Shown here: one piece after another, positions 1 through 13,600 of the stretch | How positions within the stretch are numbered: the stretch's first letter is position 1 | How the letters are laid out: every line of letters starts with the position of its first letter | Origin: Diadema antillarum | Taxonomy: Eukaryota | Length of the DNA stretch: 64,000 nucleotides | Assembly (NCBI RefSeq): GCF_040938485.1 | Contig: NW_027272550.1 | Location: forward strand, 62,001 to 126,000 | Direction of reading: 5' to 3' | The notes under the pieces: generated by a model | Database searches by the model: none | What the model was told of the DNA's origin: nothing | What the model saw: only the letters and a program-made list of their open reading frames with translations | Position numbers and translations under genes: made by a program

Positions 1-726
1 TTGCATTGTTACCCTGTCTTAATAGGTTTTACGACGCACATTGCCTTTGGGAATTGCTGCATTTATATTCGCTTAGACTTTGCAGGGCCAAAGATGTATA
101 TTCGTACGTACTATGAACGCACATACACATGTACATAAACTGTGGACAAACCGTTTCAGAGGTGCATCATAACTTAGTGTTTCAAGACACAAATTATTTC
201 CGCTTCACTTGGTAACCAATACGGCATTTGGGATTTGGGGTAAAGCGTGAGTCTTCTGTAGATGTTGAAGTTGCCGTTGCCATTTAAAATCAAGGAGAAG
301 TTCAACTTTAATATCGTATTCCGGGAGTCTGTATCTCGTATCCTCTCACTACACACACTTTATCCGATTTAAGACAAATGGTCTATTTCGAAAATAGACT
401 TGCTGTTTTAGTTTTTTATTCTCTGCCATGTTCAACTAAAATTAAATTTTCTTCAAATTATTGACGTTTTCTCTACAATCACGGAACACGAGTTGCTTCA
501 TGATACTGATACTGTTATATGCAGTAGACAAGTTAAAAAAACAAACACCAGATTTAAATCCGTTTCGCGGTAAGATTGCATCAGTATATTCAGCGCAATT
601 TTGGCGCTCTGTCAGTCTGTCGTTCATTTTGTAGATATTTACAATATTGCACAAGCCGACCAATAGGTTATCCTCATTGTCCTGTTTTCTCAGGGAGAAT
701 CTCGAATAGTGACCCAAAATCTCTCT

Positions 727-751
727 CACACAGACACACACAAAACACACA

Positions 752-808
<57 letters not shown>
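727..808. repeat. (CA)n microsatellite
   Basis: Near-pure CA dinucleotide run; it produces the CVCVCV stretch of ORF 442-915. Confidence 0.97.
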
Positions 809-810
<2 letters not shown>

Positions 811-1915
811 TCTCTGTTTTTCTCTTCTCTTTTGCTGACCAAACAGGGACAACAAATGCACTTTCCCGTCCTCATCTGAGTGATACCACTTGGCAGGTGT
901 CTGATGGCAAGCCACCGGGTCCGCCCTGGCCGTCTCTCACTCTCTCTCGCAAGTCCGTCTTCCGCGACACGACAAATGATGGCGACGTCGGGGTAGAAAA
1001 AACAACGCAGCTGAGGGAGTGGATTTTAAATGTCGCATCGACCGCGAAATGGATAGACGTGTCTACCAGTGAGAGATGGATCGGTAGTATTAAAACCTAT
1101 GAATCATTTCGGCGTGATTGTGCCCCGCGCGCGGACTGCTATATTATGGCTACTGCATGAATAGCGTGTGGTGGCAAGTGCGTATTGACGATCGCATTTT
1201 GCCGACTCTTGAGTGCCGCGATATGAGATTCTGTGCTCTTGTATATCTATCCACTTATTCATGTATTTTGGAATATTTTGTATGCCTCACTACCTTTACG
1301 AAAAAAAAAAGTTAGGCATTGATGAAAACAGATTCTAATCAACAGGTTGGCTTAGAGTCTACTAGTATGCATGTGTCAATCATCCCTACCAATCAATATC
1401 GGTTCAATAGTGACGAATATTACCAGTGGGTTTTGTTTCGCTCGCATCATCAGCAGAAGATCAATTTTGAAGAAAAAAAAATAGAAGGGAGGAAAGTGAA
1501 TGAGCTGACAGCACAAGCAGACAAGTCGGAACGACCTTATTCATGATTATTTGCCTTTGGTCTTATAGTGTAATATCACTACCAAAGTTGGTAAGAAATT
1601 ATCATTTATGTTCATAAAATAAATAATGCACACCATTAAACCTGGCATTGCTAAGAACCACCCGTCCTCTGTAGATTGGAAAAAAGTATCTCTCTCTTTC
1701 TCTCTCCCTATACAAAAGAATAAACAAATAATAAACCTTCGCTATCACAAGCTAAACCGGAAGACGAAAAACGAAAACTACATGGATAAAAAAAAATACA
1801 AGAATTTCGAATACGGGTTTGATAAATAAAACCGACAAGAAAGGGATGAAGAGAGCTGAAAATAGCATGGAAGTGGATGGGGAAGTCAATGAGGTTAAGT
1901 CAAACATGGAAAAGA

Positions 1916-1929
1916 TATACATATATACA

Positions 1930-1980
<51 letters not shown>
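1916..1980. repeat. (TA)n microsatellite
   Basis: Direct reading; pure TA from about 1944. Confidence 0.95.
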
Positions 1981-1984
<4 letters not shown>

Positions 1985-4900
1985 ACAGGAATGTGAAATT
2001 GAATGACGAAAGAGCTGGATGTAGAGACGAAGACGAGATCAGGAGCGGAAAGATGCGAATGTATTAACCCTTTCTGAGCCGATGAGTCAAAGAGTGTTCA
2101 TATTCTTCATCACACATACCAATGGACAGGAAACGCGGCACACCGGGGGTGAAACGCAGCCACGTTCCCGGAGATGCAGGTAATGACACCGATATAGAGA
2201 GTGTGTCTGCGAGGCCTCCATGAAGGAGAGGCAAGCCGAAAGGCATTTTGAGGCCTGTCATTACACGGATATTAAATCCAAGACAACAGACGAGGAAGGT
2301 ACAGCGAGACACGCCCCGCGGAAAAAAAAAATTACCAAGGCTCCGCTTTATACACTTGCCTGCTACAAGAAAGGGATCATAATGACTCAATGACGCAAAG
2401 CAGTATGCCAGTGCGGCAATAGGCCATGCCATGCTTTGTAATATACGAAAGAGAGAATGATTTTGACCCCCTGACGAATACATACCCATCCCCTCGTGAC
2501 GACCCTTTCCGATTTCTTGTTTGCTGGTTTTTGTTTTGGCGCTGTACCATTCTGCTTATTTGTTTCCATGAACAATAGAAATGGCGCTGTCATTTCAAGC
2601 AACGTTAAGCTTCAGAAGCATGACCATTGATTTAATGGCTGCTTAGTGGTACAAGATAGAAAACAACACCTATATATCATATGGACACTCTTATACGTCC
2701 CTTAATCTTTGTTTCTGTAACCTCTCTGTGTGTTTATTTATCATTTTCAATATTCACTCCGCAAACCTCCATCATCTGTAATATTCTTAGATCCAAAACA
2801 TCATTTGCTATTTTTTGTGTTCTACTTGGACAAAATCTATACTGATCACAGTCTTACCCATCCAAATGAATCTGCACAATCATTCAGATGTTATGTATAT
2901 TGTCTCTCGCAATGCACATGCTGTAATGTACTTGTGTATGATTATGTCTGTGCACATTAGGTATATAGCGCATGTGGCTATACCAATACGTGTGTACATA
3001 GTATGCCCAATACTCCAATGCAATAACGTAGTGGAGTATTCCTTCCCTACATTGTATTTAATTGGATTTTCATCTCCCCCTGCATGTATGAGGGGACGGG
3101 GGTAGGACACTAACCGGAGCTTTTTATGTCCTGTCAACGGGTACTCTGAAGACCAGCCCACTCGACACAATTGGGTCTTGACATTTGAGGCTCGAGGATT
3201 CGCATTCCCCTCCCAATGACAGCTCGGAGAGGGATGTATATTTGTTGAGTCTTAGCATTGCAGGTGGAAGCCCCTGTGTCTAGTGGAAGAAAAACAAACC
3301 GTGCGTTTATCCCGCGAACGGGAGAACCGGCCGACGGACGGTTGCAGCTATAGGAAACTACGGAAAAGAGTTCCGTCGACGATGGTTACAAGCTTGCGAA
3401 TGTTTGCGAGAGTCTTTACGAGGCGGGTTGTTGATAACAGGGGAGGATGAGAAGAATAATACAAACGTTACGGGAATAACCACATCGCCGACAGACGGGC
3501 ATAGGACACAGGAAGTGCGCGCTGACATACATGTGGAGACTGGAACGTAGATACGCACGCTGGGACTGTGCGCGGGTCCTCCTCTCGTATTGAGCTGGAA
3601 TGATGATTGTACAAGTGGGAGTGCGTGGAAGAAACTATGGTGGCGGCGCCCCACAGACTGGGTTTCTTATCCCCCCTGGTTCACCATCTAGATCAATTGG
3701 AATACCCCACGAGGTAATGAATAGATGAGTACTGGCGACATATGCTGAACACATCGCATACAGCATCCCTTCATACACGATGAATCTCCCCGTAACTATT
3801 GTGGCGACATTTCACAATTATGGATTGGAGATTCACTTATCTTGAGTAGATGTGAACTTTGCACAACATACCTGAATTACGGAATCAGAGCGTCGCAAAC
3901 GCTCAAAATCCACCGGAATCAATTTTCAAAGTGTGTATCGCGTTCTTTTCGTAGGTTTCGTAGAATCTCGGGACATTACATTCATCAGATCACTGACGTC
4001 CAAACTGGCAGGAAAACGTACATTTTTAGCGCCCCACGCTCCATACACAAATTGACATTTTATTCGACGCTGCAACAAGATTTCTCGCAATCAATCATGG
4101 CCATACAAGATATGCAGGATATTCAGGAAAGGATATCAGAGATAAAGGGTTAAAATGTTCGTGAAAGGAGTTCGTTTTCGGTTTGAACTTCTCGGGCAGG
4201 AATCACTAAATGACAAAGGGGTAGGATGAGAGGGAAAATCCACACAGGACATGAGCTTCACAGGCAAAGGTGTCGATGTTTCATAACCTCCAAGTATGCC
4301 TTATAACTCGTTTTGTCAGGGAGCAAGGTGATAGACCCCTGTCAACTTTCAATATTTGATTGGCAAGAAACATCACAGACCACCTTCTAGCCCCCAAATG
4401 ATGTCACTTTTATGGGTTGTACCCCTCCTCAAGCCCCTAGTACCCCATCCTTACCTCTTCCAGTAATGAGAAGAGGAAGACGAGGAAATGGACTTACTCG
4501 ATGAAGTAGAAAAAGCAGCAGGTGACTTTTTCTTTTATCGCTCGAAGCTCCTGTAATCACATTGCCCGTTTTCCTTCTTTTTCTCCTATCACCTCCATTC
4601 CATCGTGTCAGCTTTTTCTTCTCCTTCTTTTCTCGTATCTCATGCTTATTCTTTATATTTTTCTTCTTAGAACTTCGTTCATTACTTATACGTCACCTTC
4701 TCGTGTTATTTTCCTTTAACACTTTGCATGCTTTAAGTGCCGATTGGCACAGAGGGCAATATAGCATTGTTTACACTGTCCAAGTCCCTGGCACGTAAGT
4801 GTTAAACTTAATTCGTCTGTCTCACGTCCATGCTCCCATCTCCGCTTACCATGATACCTTTATTTCATCTCTGAATTTTCATTTCTTTTTCATTTTGTTC

Positions 4901-6537
4901 TCCCTCTTCTGCAATGACTTTCGCCTTTGTAAAGTTTTATATGACATTGATTTTAGCTCTGCTTAGCCGTCGTATACTTCTCAATCAAAAGCGGTATGCC
5001 CTGAAAGTTAAAAACTTTTTTATTCTTCAAAGGAAGTGAACACTAACATTATGAAACTCCATTCGTGCAAAAGAACAGAAAGAAAAATAGTTACTCATCT
5101 CCTGCACATGTGATATGGACCTATGAATTAATCCTGTTGATCTTCTGTACATGTTTTGATAAAGGTTAGACGTTATCGATACACAATCCATATCATACTA
5201 CAAATGGTAATAATAAATCTATATTCATCTAAGTTCCGTATATTTTTGCGGTGTCGACATGAAAGCAAATTCGACTTTCATGGCATCAGGAAACATAAAA
5301 ATACGAAAACATAACAAGCTGTGCGCCCTTGGACATTTCTTTCTTTCTCCTTCCCCTTCTTCCTTTGCAAGGACAGTCTTTTTCCTAGGCAATCATAAAA
5401 ATTGAAGGCCAGATTTTCCTCACAATACAGCGCAATGGGATGCGAAGCGAGAGGACGAATCTCAACGCTTGTATTCAATCGAGTCTTAATGAATGAGGGG
5501 AGCATTACCAGCAATGCGCAGGACACGATGAACCCAGACGTAATCATAACCAAGGGCACAAGGCACAGGGCGTATAGATATTCAACACTGAATGACGCGC
5601 CTTTAAACAGCAACAACAACAGCGCGCTTCGTCCAGAGGTTTAAGCGGCGGGTGTTGTATGTCCTGTATTACAATGTACACATAGAGGAGAGGCATGCCA
5701 AATCCTATCCCCTTGATTGAACGGGAGGAAAAGGCTCAGCCCAATAAATGCCGACAACACCCCTTCGGATCTCTCCACACTTTGCTGAGCTGCCAATTCG
5801 GTCACGGCTTTAAGAATTGGCTGTGGCTCCACTTTCAAAATCACCTCGATATAAAGAGACCTGCAGAAAAGTGAGATTCGCACGACATACGATTGAGAAT
5901 GGAAGGAAATATCTATTTCATTTCTCACCCCAGCCCATCCGATCAGACACATGGCGAGCTACATCACTTGAACAGTTGTCGCCATCGTTAGGGACGGGAT
6001 GAGTCTGTGATACACAGACTTTTTTTTTATTTGTTGGCCCCTCTCGGCGAACTTCAGGTCGACCGACCTAAGCGAGCAATTTATAGCATCGGCCTTACAG
6101 CGATCAATCTTTACGATTTTTTCCTCGCGACAAATCTCATTTTGACGGAGCTAGAGGACGAATGCGTGTAGGGCTACTACAGCTCGAGCCAGAGCTGCCG
6201 CGGAGCACTCCGTGGTGCGCCATGCGAGGAGATCGTATTGTGATGTTGAGTGTTACGAATCGGGGAGGGGCGGACGTAATTCAAATATGGATACAATGGC
6301 GTGACCTCAAGGTTGAAACAATCTATGCAGCGGAAGTCTGCTATGGATAGATTCCCGAAACTCAACAGAGTTCATGTATAATGTCTCGAGTTAAATAAAT
6401 CGAAAATACCAAAATACCAAGCTCATAATGACTCAGCTGGTATGAGAATACAATTACGTTCAAGTAGTGTTCATAAATATAATGGTATAATCGATTATTA
6501 AGCATTAAATGTTAGAAGCGCGTGCAATGAACTATAA

Positions 6538-6571
6538 CTAGAGTCCCCGTATACAAATAAAGGAACTCTAG
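6538..6571. mobile_element. 34-bp micro-element with 10-bp terminal inverted repeats and 6-bp flanking direct repeat (putative minimal MITE)
   Basis: CTATAA(6532-6537)-CTAGAGTCCC-CGTATACAAATAAA-GGAACTCTAG-CTATAA(6572-6577); TIRs match 9/10. Confidence 0.5.
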
Positions 6572-6653
6572 CTATAATAGGCCTGTGGCGACATCTGTAG
6601 CTGGCATATGATGTAGAAAGCTCACTTCAAATCTGAAACAAAGACAGCTAAAT

Positions 6654-6693
6654 TGTTTGTTTGTTTGTTTGTTTGTTTGTTTGTTTGTTTGTT
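6654..6693. repeat. (TTTG)n microsatellite
   Basis: About 10 copies read directly. Confidence 0.95.
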
Positions 6694-8684
6694 TTTTGCT
6701 TTATTTCATTTAATCACGAGATAAAATGATCAGCCAGGTAAGGCCGTTTTTCAGAAAGGCCATGAATGTAGTGTTATATGAACAACAACAACAGAAACAA
6801 CACAAGTTACCGAATCGATCAAAGCAAATCAACAATAAAAACAAGCATAAATTAATAAAATGCATTACCACTCGGTACAAAATACCGAGAAAAAAAAATA
6901 TAGACATAATCACAATAAACAAACGCTACATAAGGGGATGACACAAGCAGGTTCACGTAAATTCAGACAAATTAGCTCCAACATAATTATGAAATCCACA
7001 CTAACATACATAATTTAATATTCTTTCAAAAGCTCTTAAATTGACTATTACCATCTCAAGGTTTGTTGATTATGCACAGACACCGTAATGCATGACGTGG
7101 AATACGCGGAGACAAGTCATTGCAGTTCACAGTGACAGCACTTTATTCCGTTACGATGGCATAATAATGGGCTACATGCTTTCAAGCAGGGCGCGATGAT
7201 ACCGGAATGTGTTCATTTACCTCTATGGGCAATTTACCTCGTCCACAAATGTCGCACCCCACCCCCCCTCCCCTTAAGGAGGAAAGGAAAAAAAAAAAAA
7301 AAACCCGTGTTTCCTGCGATCACATTTCCACTGTGATACTCACAGCCAAAGTCGGGATTAAACGCCCCTCCATGGCGATTAGCAACCGCGCACCCATGTC
7401 AGTTTATAAAAGCTTGCCCAAAACGAAAAAATTGGATTGAATCAAGTCTGAAATGCCAAGTGCGGTTGCACTTTACGGCTTAATTGATTTCCTCTGCACG
7501 TGAAACCAGCAAAGTTTCTAAGAGCGCCTCAGCTACACAGCTAGAATTACACATGCAATGTTGCGAGTGGCCGTGTTTACACTGCCGAATCAAACCGCTA
7601 TAATGCTAACAGTGACAAAGTATGCACGCGTCCGCAATAAAATTTGTACGCAGAATGCTGATTTCAACGTCATGGATAGGCCTACAATGTATTGAACCTT
7701 AATGATAATGAATGCCTTGTCCTTTATTCCCTCATGCATATCACCCTGCTACAGCATTAAAGGTAAAACATGGTTTGCAAGACTACAGAAATTGTTGATT
7801 TTTGCCTTAAAAGCAAACATATGCATTAGAAATGTGTGAAGTAACGCTGTGTTAATACGATTTCAGTTGGGTAACACAAAGTACTAGTATCGCATCCGAA
7901 AAAGAATCGCACGAAGCTAACTTGTTAGCTGCATGCGAAACTTTATAATGCTAGGGTACGATTCGATCATCATGTAGGTCCTACTGGTAACGTTTCACCT
8001 ACATCCTACTAGTATGACTAGGCGGGGAAGGCACTTCAGCCCGGAATTAATGTCGGTACATCGACGTTTATCATTTCAAACTTTTGATCAAAAAATATTC
8101 CCGAACAACATAATTATTATCCTGGCAAATACAGCGTCAGCCAGAGAAGTTTCTTAATTGGTTGAGCCTTTTGGTGAAGCAAATTCCAAAATCTTAAAGG
8201 TGGAAGATGAATTTTAACCCCTTCTGAGAACTTTTAGAGTATATTTTGGTCTCAAACACTAAGTTTGCGAAAATTGTATTGTGTTTTGATTTCTTTAATA
8301 AAACACAAAAAATGGGGAAAAGTTTGGATTCTTTTCATGATGTATCAGCTAATCAAATTATTTGGCACTGCACTTCGCATGGTTCACCCCGAGTCTTCAA
8401 ACTATAAAGAATACGAGATGATTGATACGGAGCCTAAACGAATGCGAGAAAGGCAATAAGTGACAGATACACCTCGGCAGGCTCCCCGTGATTGCACATA
8501 CAGGTTTGATTAACAGTCCTCCACAACGTATTCATCAACTGATACATCATGTACTTGACATGCACTTTGCTCCTTGTAACCTTTCATATCGTTTTTACAT
8601 AATCTTCCCTGTTCTGTTCATTCCTTTGCTACATCTTTTCATGCACTCTCCTGTTTGTTTCTTTTCCATCTGACAAGATAGCTG

Positions 8685-8861
8685 CAGTGGCGGATCCAGG
8701 GGGGGGGGGGAGGGACCGGCGCAAGCCCCCTTAATTTTAGTTAAAAAAAAAAAAAGAAAAAGAAAAAAATGAAATGAAACCCGGAAGTTGCACCAGAAAT
8801 ATTAGTTGCGCCCCCTCCCCCCCCCCCCCCCCCCTTTACAGAATTCCTGGATCCTTCCCTG
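8685..8861. mobile_element. 177-bp non-autonomous TIR element (MITE) with internal poly-G/poly-A/poly-C tracts
   Basis: Left end CAGTGGCGGATCCAGG, right end CCTGGATCCTTCCCTG (inverted match); AGCTG duplicated at 8680-8684 and 8862-8866. Confidence 0.8.
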
Positions 8862-9127
8862 AGCTGGATAGCTCACATTCACCATGAAGAACTTACCTGA
8901 AGATGGCAGGCTCCGACGACCGGCATATACCCGGAAACAAGTGCATCGTCGATTCCTTTGATCTCATTGTTGCTATGTTTAAACTTAAGATTGTTGTAAA
9001 TATTATACTATAATTTTTTTTTTTTTTTGGTCAGATACACGTGTTGTCATGTTCATGTATGATTTCCAAGGGGAAAAATGCAGAAATAAAATCAAACTGA
9101 ACTGACTTGAACCTTTAACCGTACTGA

Positions 9128-9396
9128 TTGGTCTTCCATGGGGTCCAGTTGCGAGCACTTGGATGTGGACCTCTTCACCTGGGTTATATTATGCAATCAG
9201 CTCTTCATGATGAATGAATGAATGAAAGGGATCATCAATTTACGCACTTGGGTTGTGACTCTCCCACACACAGGACCTTCATGTTATGCCCTATGCGAGT
9301 AAAACAGTGTTTTGTCTCTGGATTCGAACCCGCGCCCCCAACCGGAGATATTCAATTGAAAGGCAGATGCGCTACCGACTGAACCACCTCTCCGCC
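9128..9396 (-). mobile_element. tRNA-derived SINE (Deu-domain/SURF1-like), near full length
   Basis: Minus strand reads GGCGGAGAGGTGGTTCAGTCGGTAGCGC (A box) ... GGGTTCGAATCC (B box, 9320-9330), then GAAGGTCCTGTGTGTGGGAGAGTCACAACCCAAGTGCGTAAA and AACTGGACCCCATGGAAGACCA, which align with the copy at 52871-53136. It may extend to the poly-A at about 9014-9028. The family name is from recall, not a database search. Confidence 0.8.
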
Positions 9397-10549
9397 GTGG
9401 AAGGCTGGAAAAGCTTGAGATTGTTTTTTTTAATGGTGTAATAGAAAAGCTTTCAGCGTAAAGGATAAAGTCGCGGTCGAACTCTTTGTCTACTATGTAT
9501 GCTCTTAATACTGACCATTTACTGTATCATAAATTCATTCATATACACAATGCCCAAATTGAAAGAATTATTTAATATTATTCATTGGTCATCAAACTAC
9601 ATTCATGTTGGAACATTTGAAGATCTTTATCTGAAAAGGGTCGCATTCGTGTTCATCAGGAAATCTATATTTGGTCGTTATGCAAAAAATCATGCCACCG
9701 AATAACAACAATCATATAGTTGAAGCACCAGCGAACAGTCGAAGACGAGTGTGTAATTACTGTACGGGTAAACAAAGATGGATTGACGTAAGCGCGGCTT
9801 GTTTTGAAACTATCGAATACGCAGGGATTAACACAATTTGGAGTAATAACATGATATGGAAACGTCATCCAGTTAGTCTCAGAAATAAATATCCCATGAA
9901 AACACGTTATAGTCTTTCTTTTATCATAGCTAAAATCCTCTATTAAAGGAATTGAAAATTGGGTATGTGTTTGTTTGTTATTTGTTGTTTTTTCGCTCAC
10001 CAATTGCACAAATTCATTTCAATATTTTTGTCTTTTGGTTGTTGTAATTTTTTCTACTGAACGAACGTCAGGCTCTTTCAGGGTATGGGTGCTTTTAATA
10101 TTGCAGAACTCATTATATGATTATCATGATAATATCGTTTAATGTATAATATGGTGAATAATGAGGTATATAATGGCACAACGCTTTTGCGGTCTCGGTC
10201 GTGTTGTAAATCACCTGTGAGCTATTGGAGGAAAGAAAAAAACTGAAAAAGAAACAAAATGTAAAAAAGGAAATAATAAAATTGAAGATTCAGGGCCTAG
10301 TGATTATTGTCATAAATCAGTGTTCACTCAATAAAACTGGCGTAATTACTTATATGTTTTCGTGTGTGTAATTTATATATGTCCGCATGGCTCTCTGTCC
10401 GTATATTTTACATTGATCGAGCATTGGTTTGGGCTTTGGTACTCTGGAATAATCTAGACCCTAGACTTTCCAATGACACATAATTTGGCCAAATATAATA
10501 CGAAAACTATCACAGAGCAGCTAAAAACCGCCAAAACAAACACAATGGT

Positions 10550-10581
10550 ATTATATATATATAATTATATAATTACATAAT

Positions 10582-10621
<40 letters not shown>
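10550..10621. repeat. (TA)n / (TATAAT)n microsatellite
   Basis: Direct reading. Confidence 0.93.
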
Positions 10622-10624
<3 letters not shown>

Positions 10625-13600
10625 TAAATCACTTTTGAAGTGTAGGTGTAGTCGGGAGTGCAGCATATTACACATTCAAAAAAAAAAAACTCCACAAAAA
10701 AAAAACACCATTCAAAACATTCTACTAATGTGCTACAAAACCAATGAAGAGGAAGCATTCGTAGTTGAATAGTAACATGCAATGAATGTTCGGTATCACT
10801 TCAGTTCTGACCCTATATTGATTTTTTTTTTCTCTTGTCAATGTCGGCACGTCTTGTATATATCGTGAGAACAAACTTTTAGAGGGTACAATATAAGTTT
10901 CGAAGTGATTTGTCATTTGAGTCAAATAATGTAATTCTAACATCGTCAGATCTATTCTTCTAAATTGCAATATGCACCCGAACCTATCACGTCCCGCCAA
11001 TATGACCTTACTACAATATCCGTTAGTGATACGGCGCATAATACGCCGCATCGCGTTCGCTCTAATACTCACGGAACATGTGCCGTGATAACCGATATCT
11101 GGACGCGCGGTAAAAACTCTACCCCTTTGAGGTGTATATTGGCATTAAACATTCCCGAGAAACCGCGCGAAAAGGGAACTTTCGAGGGTCACACATACGA
11201 TCGTGAATTTCTAGGCGTCCCCACAAACCCGGCAATTGGCACGTTTGACCTTTCTCGCCCAGAAACCCGCATTATCGACTGCTTGAACACGTTGCCCACG
11301 TAACAGACGAAATTGATAAAGTTTGTACTTTTATCAAACGCTATGAGGACGACACTACGTGTTATCAGCCACTCATAGTTATGTATATTATGCGATCAAA
11401 TAGATTGGAATTGCAGTTGTGATGTGCTTCTGTGTTACTGTAACTTATCCATAACCATGCTATGAAATCTCATTCAAGCCAAAGATTTAACGGTCCTAAA
11501 TTCAAATGTATGCTAAAGCTTTCATCGGTACCCATCGTGGAAGCGTCAAATGTCTTTAATCGTCGAGATCGGACACTTCACATTTTAAGACGAGATGACT
11601 GCACAGATAATTATTTCCGAAATCAAAGGGTCACGTAATAACGTTTTTAAGAGCAGTCTTAGATTAATCTAACGCACAACGTAAAGGAGAGCTGAAAATG
11701 GTACACGCAACCCGACTCATAAGAGATGATTGCGGAAGGATACTCGCAGTGACCCCCCCCCCCCCCCCCTCTCGAAAATTACTGTGAATTACGAATGCCA
11801 AGAACATACCGAGCAACTGAAGAAGAAGCGGGCATATCTACAACATTCCGCACATTTTTGCCTTTTTTTAAAAGTCTCATCTATTTTAAAGAATGCCGTC
11901 GAGTCGGCACCTTTAAAAGTATCGGCCGTGCTTGCACAGCGTGGCATTCCATACACGCAGACCTCTCGATGGCGAGTTAAGGGTCTGTGCCCTCGGCCAT
12001 AATGTTGTCTGTTAAATTATCTTGTCCAACAGCGCGCCGAGCTATATTGATCGAGGTCTGCCCGCCTCTCACCCATATAGACTAAGTCAACTAGACCTAT
12101 TTCTAATATGTATTTCTTTTTTTATCATTTGTCTGTCATGGAAAGCCGAGGAACGTGCACTTGATCAGATTCTGGAATCATTCACAGCACCGAAATTAAA
12201 GAAATAATCGCGGACAGTTTTTGAAGCTTCACGCTTGTGGAATTTTGATCCGCGGCTTCGTCAGACGGATATGAAAATCAACATCACTGCCATCCACGCA
12301 TGATATCTCGTACTATGATGCCCCTCTTACGACTGTAAGTCTCTCAACATTGCACTCATCTTGTATACTCTGGCGTCGAAAAGCAATGCCGCGGTATGCC
12401 GCCAATGTGATATGTCTGATTCAAGGCTATGCGTGTGTCTGTCCTCACCTCAAGAGCTCCCTCGCGCGTCGATTTAAAGAAGATGACTGGACCACGACGG
12501 AGTGGGCTCGTCACGATCGTGATCAAAGTTATGTAATCAACATTACGACGATCCTTTCTCTAGCCTCCCATCTGTTATATGAACAGACCGTGTAAATACT
12601 ACGTCGTACGTGTAGAGAAGCAGTATCTGCCGCCTATCATGTTGAGATACAGTTCATGGAGAAGTAATGTCTTCTACATCTGTCTGTTTGTTTGTCTGTG
12701 TGGGGGAAAGCGTTTTGTTTTTGTTTTTTTTTCTTTTTTAACTTACATTCAGAGGAAAGATGGCGCAAAAGATCACATTGCATAATGCTTATTTCTCCGA
12801 AAAGAAAGATGAGGAGTTGTTTCCCATCCCCTGACTTATTGCGCAATGCTGAGATGAAGGGGCAAACTCAAAATTTGATTGCACCAGCCACATTGCTGAA
12901 TCGAATGCTGTTGGACAAACATAGATATTGCCAAACAGTTTCGAATTAACTAAGCCATCGTGTAGAATGAATAGATAACATCAGTGAATTTTAACTTTAA
13001 CGCCGCAATACGATTTGCCCCCCCCCCCCTCTTTGTTTGTACGGCTGGATATGGATTTGTGCATTCAGTATTTCAATAATGAAGGATACGTTTACTTCAT
13101 GTATGAGAGCCTGTGATGAAAAGAGAAAGAGCTTTAACAGAGAGAGAGAAAAAAAAAACTTTAAGAGGCGCCATAATTACGTGACGCCATATTCTCAAGC
13201 ATACTACGTGGGGCTTATAGCAGGTAAATTACCATGATTACTATCTTCAAAAATCCATTGAGAAATCTTCAAACAATGAGAAGACCATCTGAACTGTAAG
13301 CAGTGAAAATTGTAAAAAAAAAAATACCCTAGATGTGATTGTAAGTATACATGCCTCGGAAAATAAAAGATAATGATGATGGTAATAAATGCGATGGCAG
13401 CAATACTCTCACCGAAGGAAATTCAAATTGAACAACTGTTGAACGAAAGTCAAAGACTGTCATGACTTTATATATATGTGCATTTCATCGCCAAACGAAG
13501 AGGAAACTCGGCACGAACTTTTTTTACTGTATGGATGACACTTTCATTCCTGTAAATGTCTACAAAGTGGCAAACGAAAGCTTCTACCTTTAAGACCCTC

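Noticed and set aside
442-915. 157-aa ORF and other ORFs with CVCV, HTHT, FIYL, KQTN or poly-Ser runs
   Set aside because: They are translations of microsatellites, which lack stop codons in some frames.
3285-3550. Open frame containing GKEFRRRWLQACECLR, reminiscent of a GPCR helix 8
   Set aside because: No NPxxY motif or transmembrane segment at the right distance, no start codon or convincing acceptor; consistent with chance.
4450-4800. Acidic peptide EEEDEEMDLLDEVEKAA and a downstream AAG|...|GTAAGT segment as a two-exon pair
   Set aside because: The obvious acceptor (TTCCAG) is followed by stops in all three frames; no recognisable product.
7757-8400. TTAAAGG starts at 7757 and 8194 (also TTAAAGCC at 37062 and TTAAAGGG at 41180) as further Kolobok-like MITEs
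   Set aside because: I could not find matching right-hand TIRs; they may be truncated relics but are not supportable as elements.
9320-9396. Functional tRNA gene
   Set aside because: A and B boxes are present, but the acceptor and anticodon stems do not pair and the sequence continues into a SINE body.
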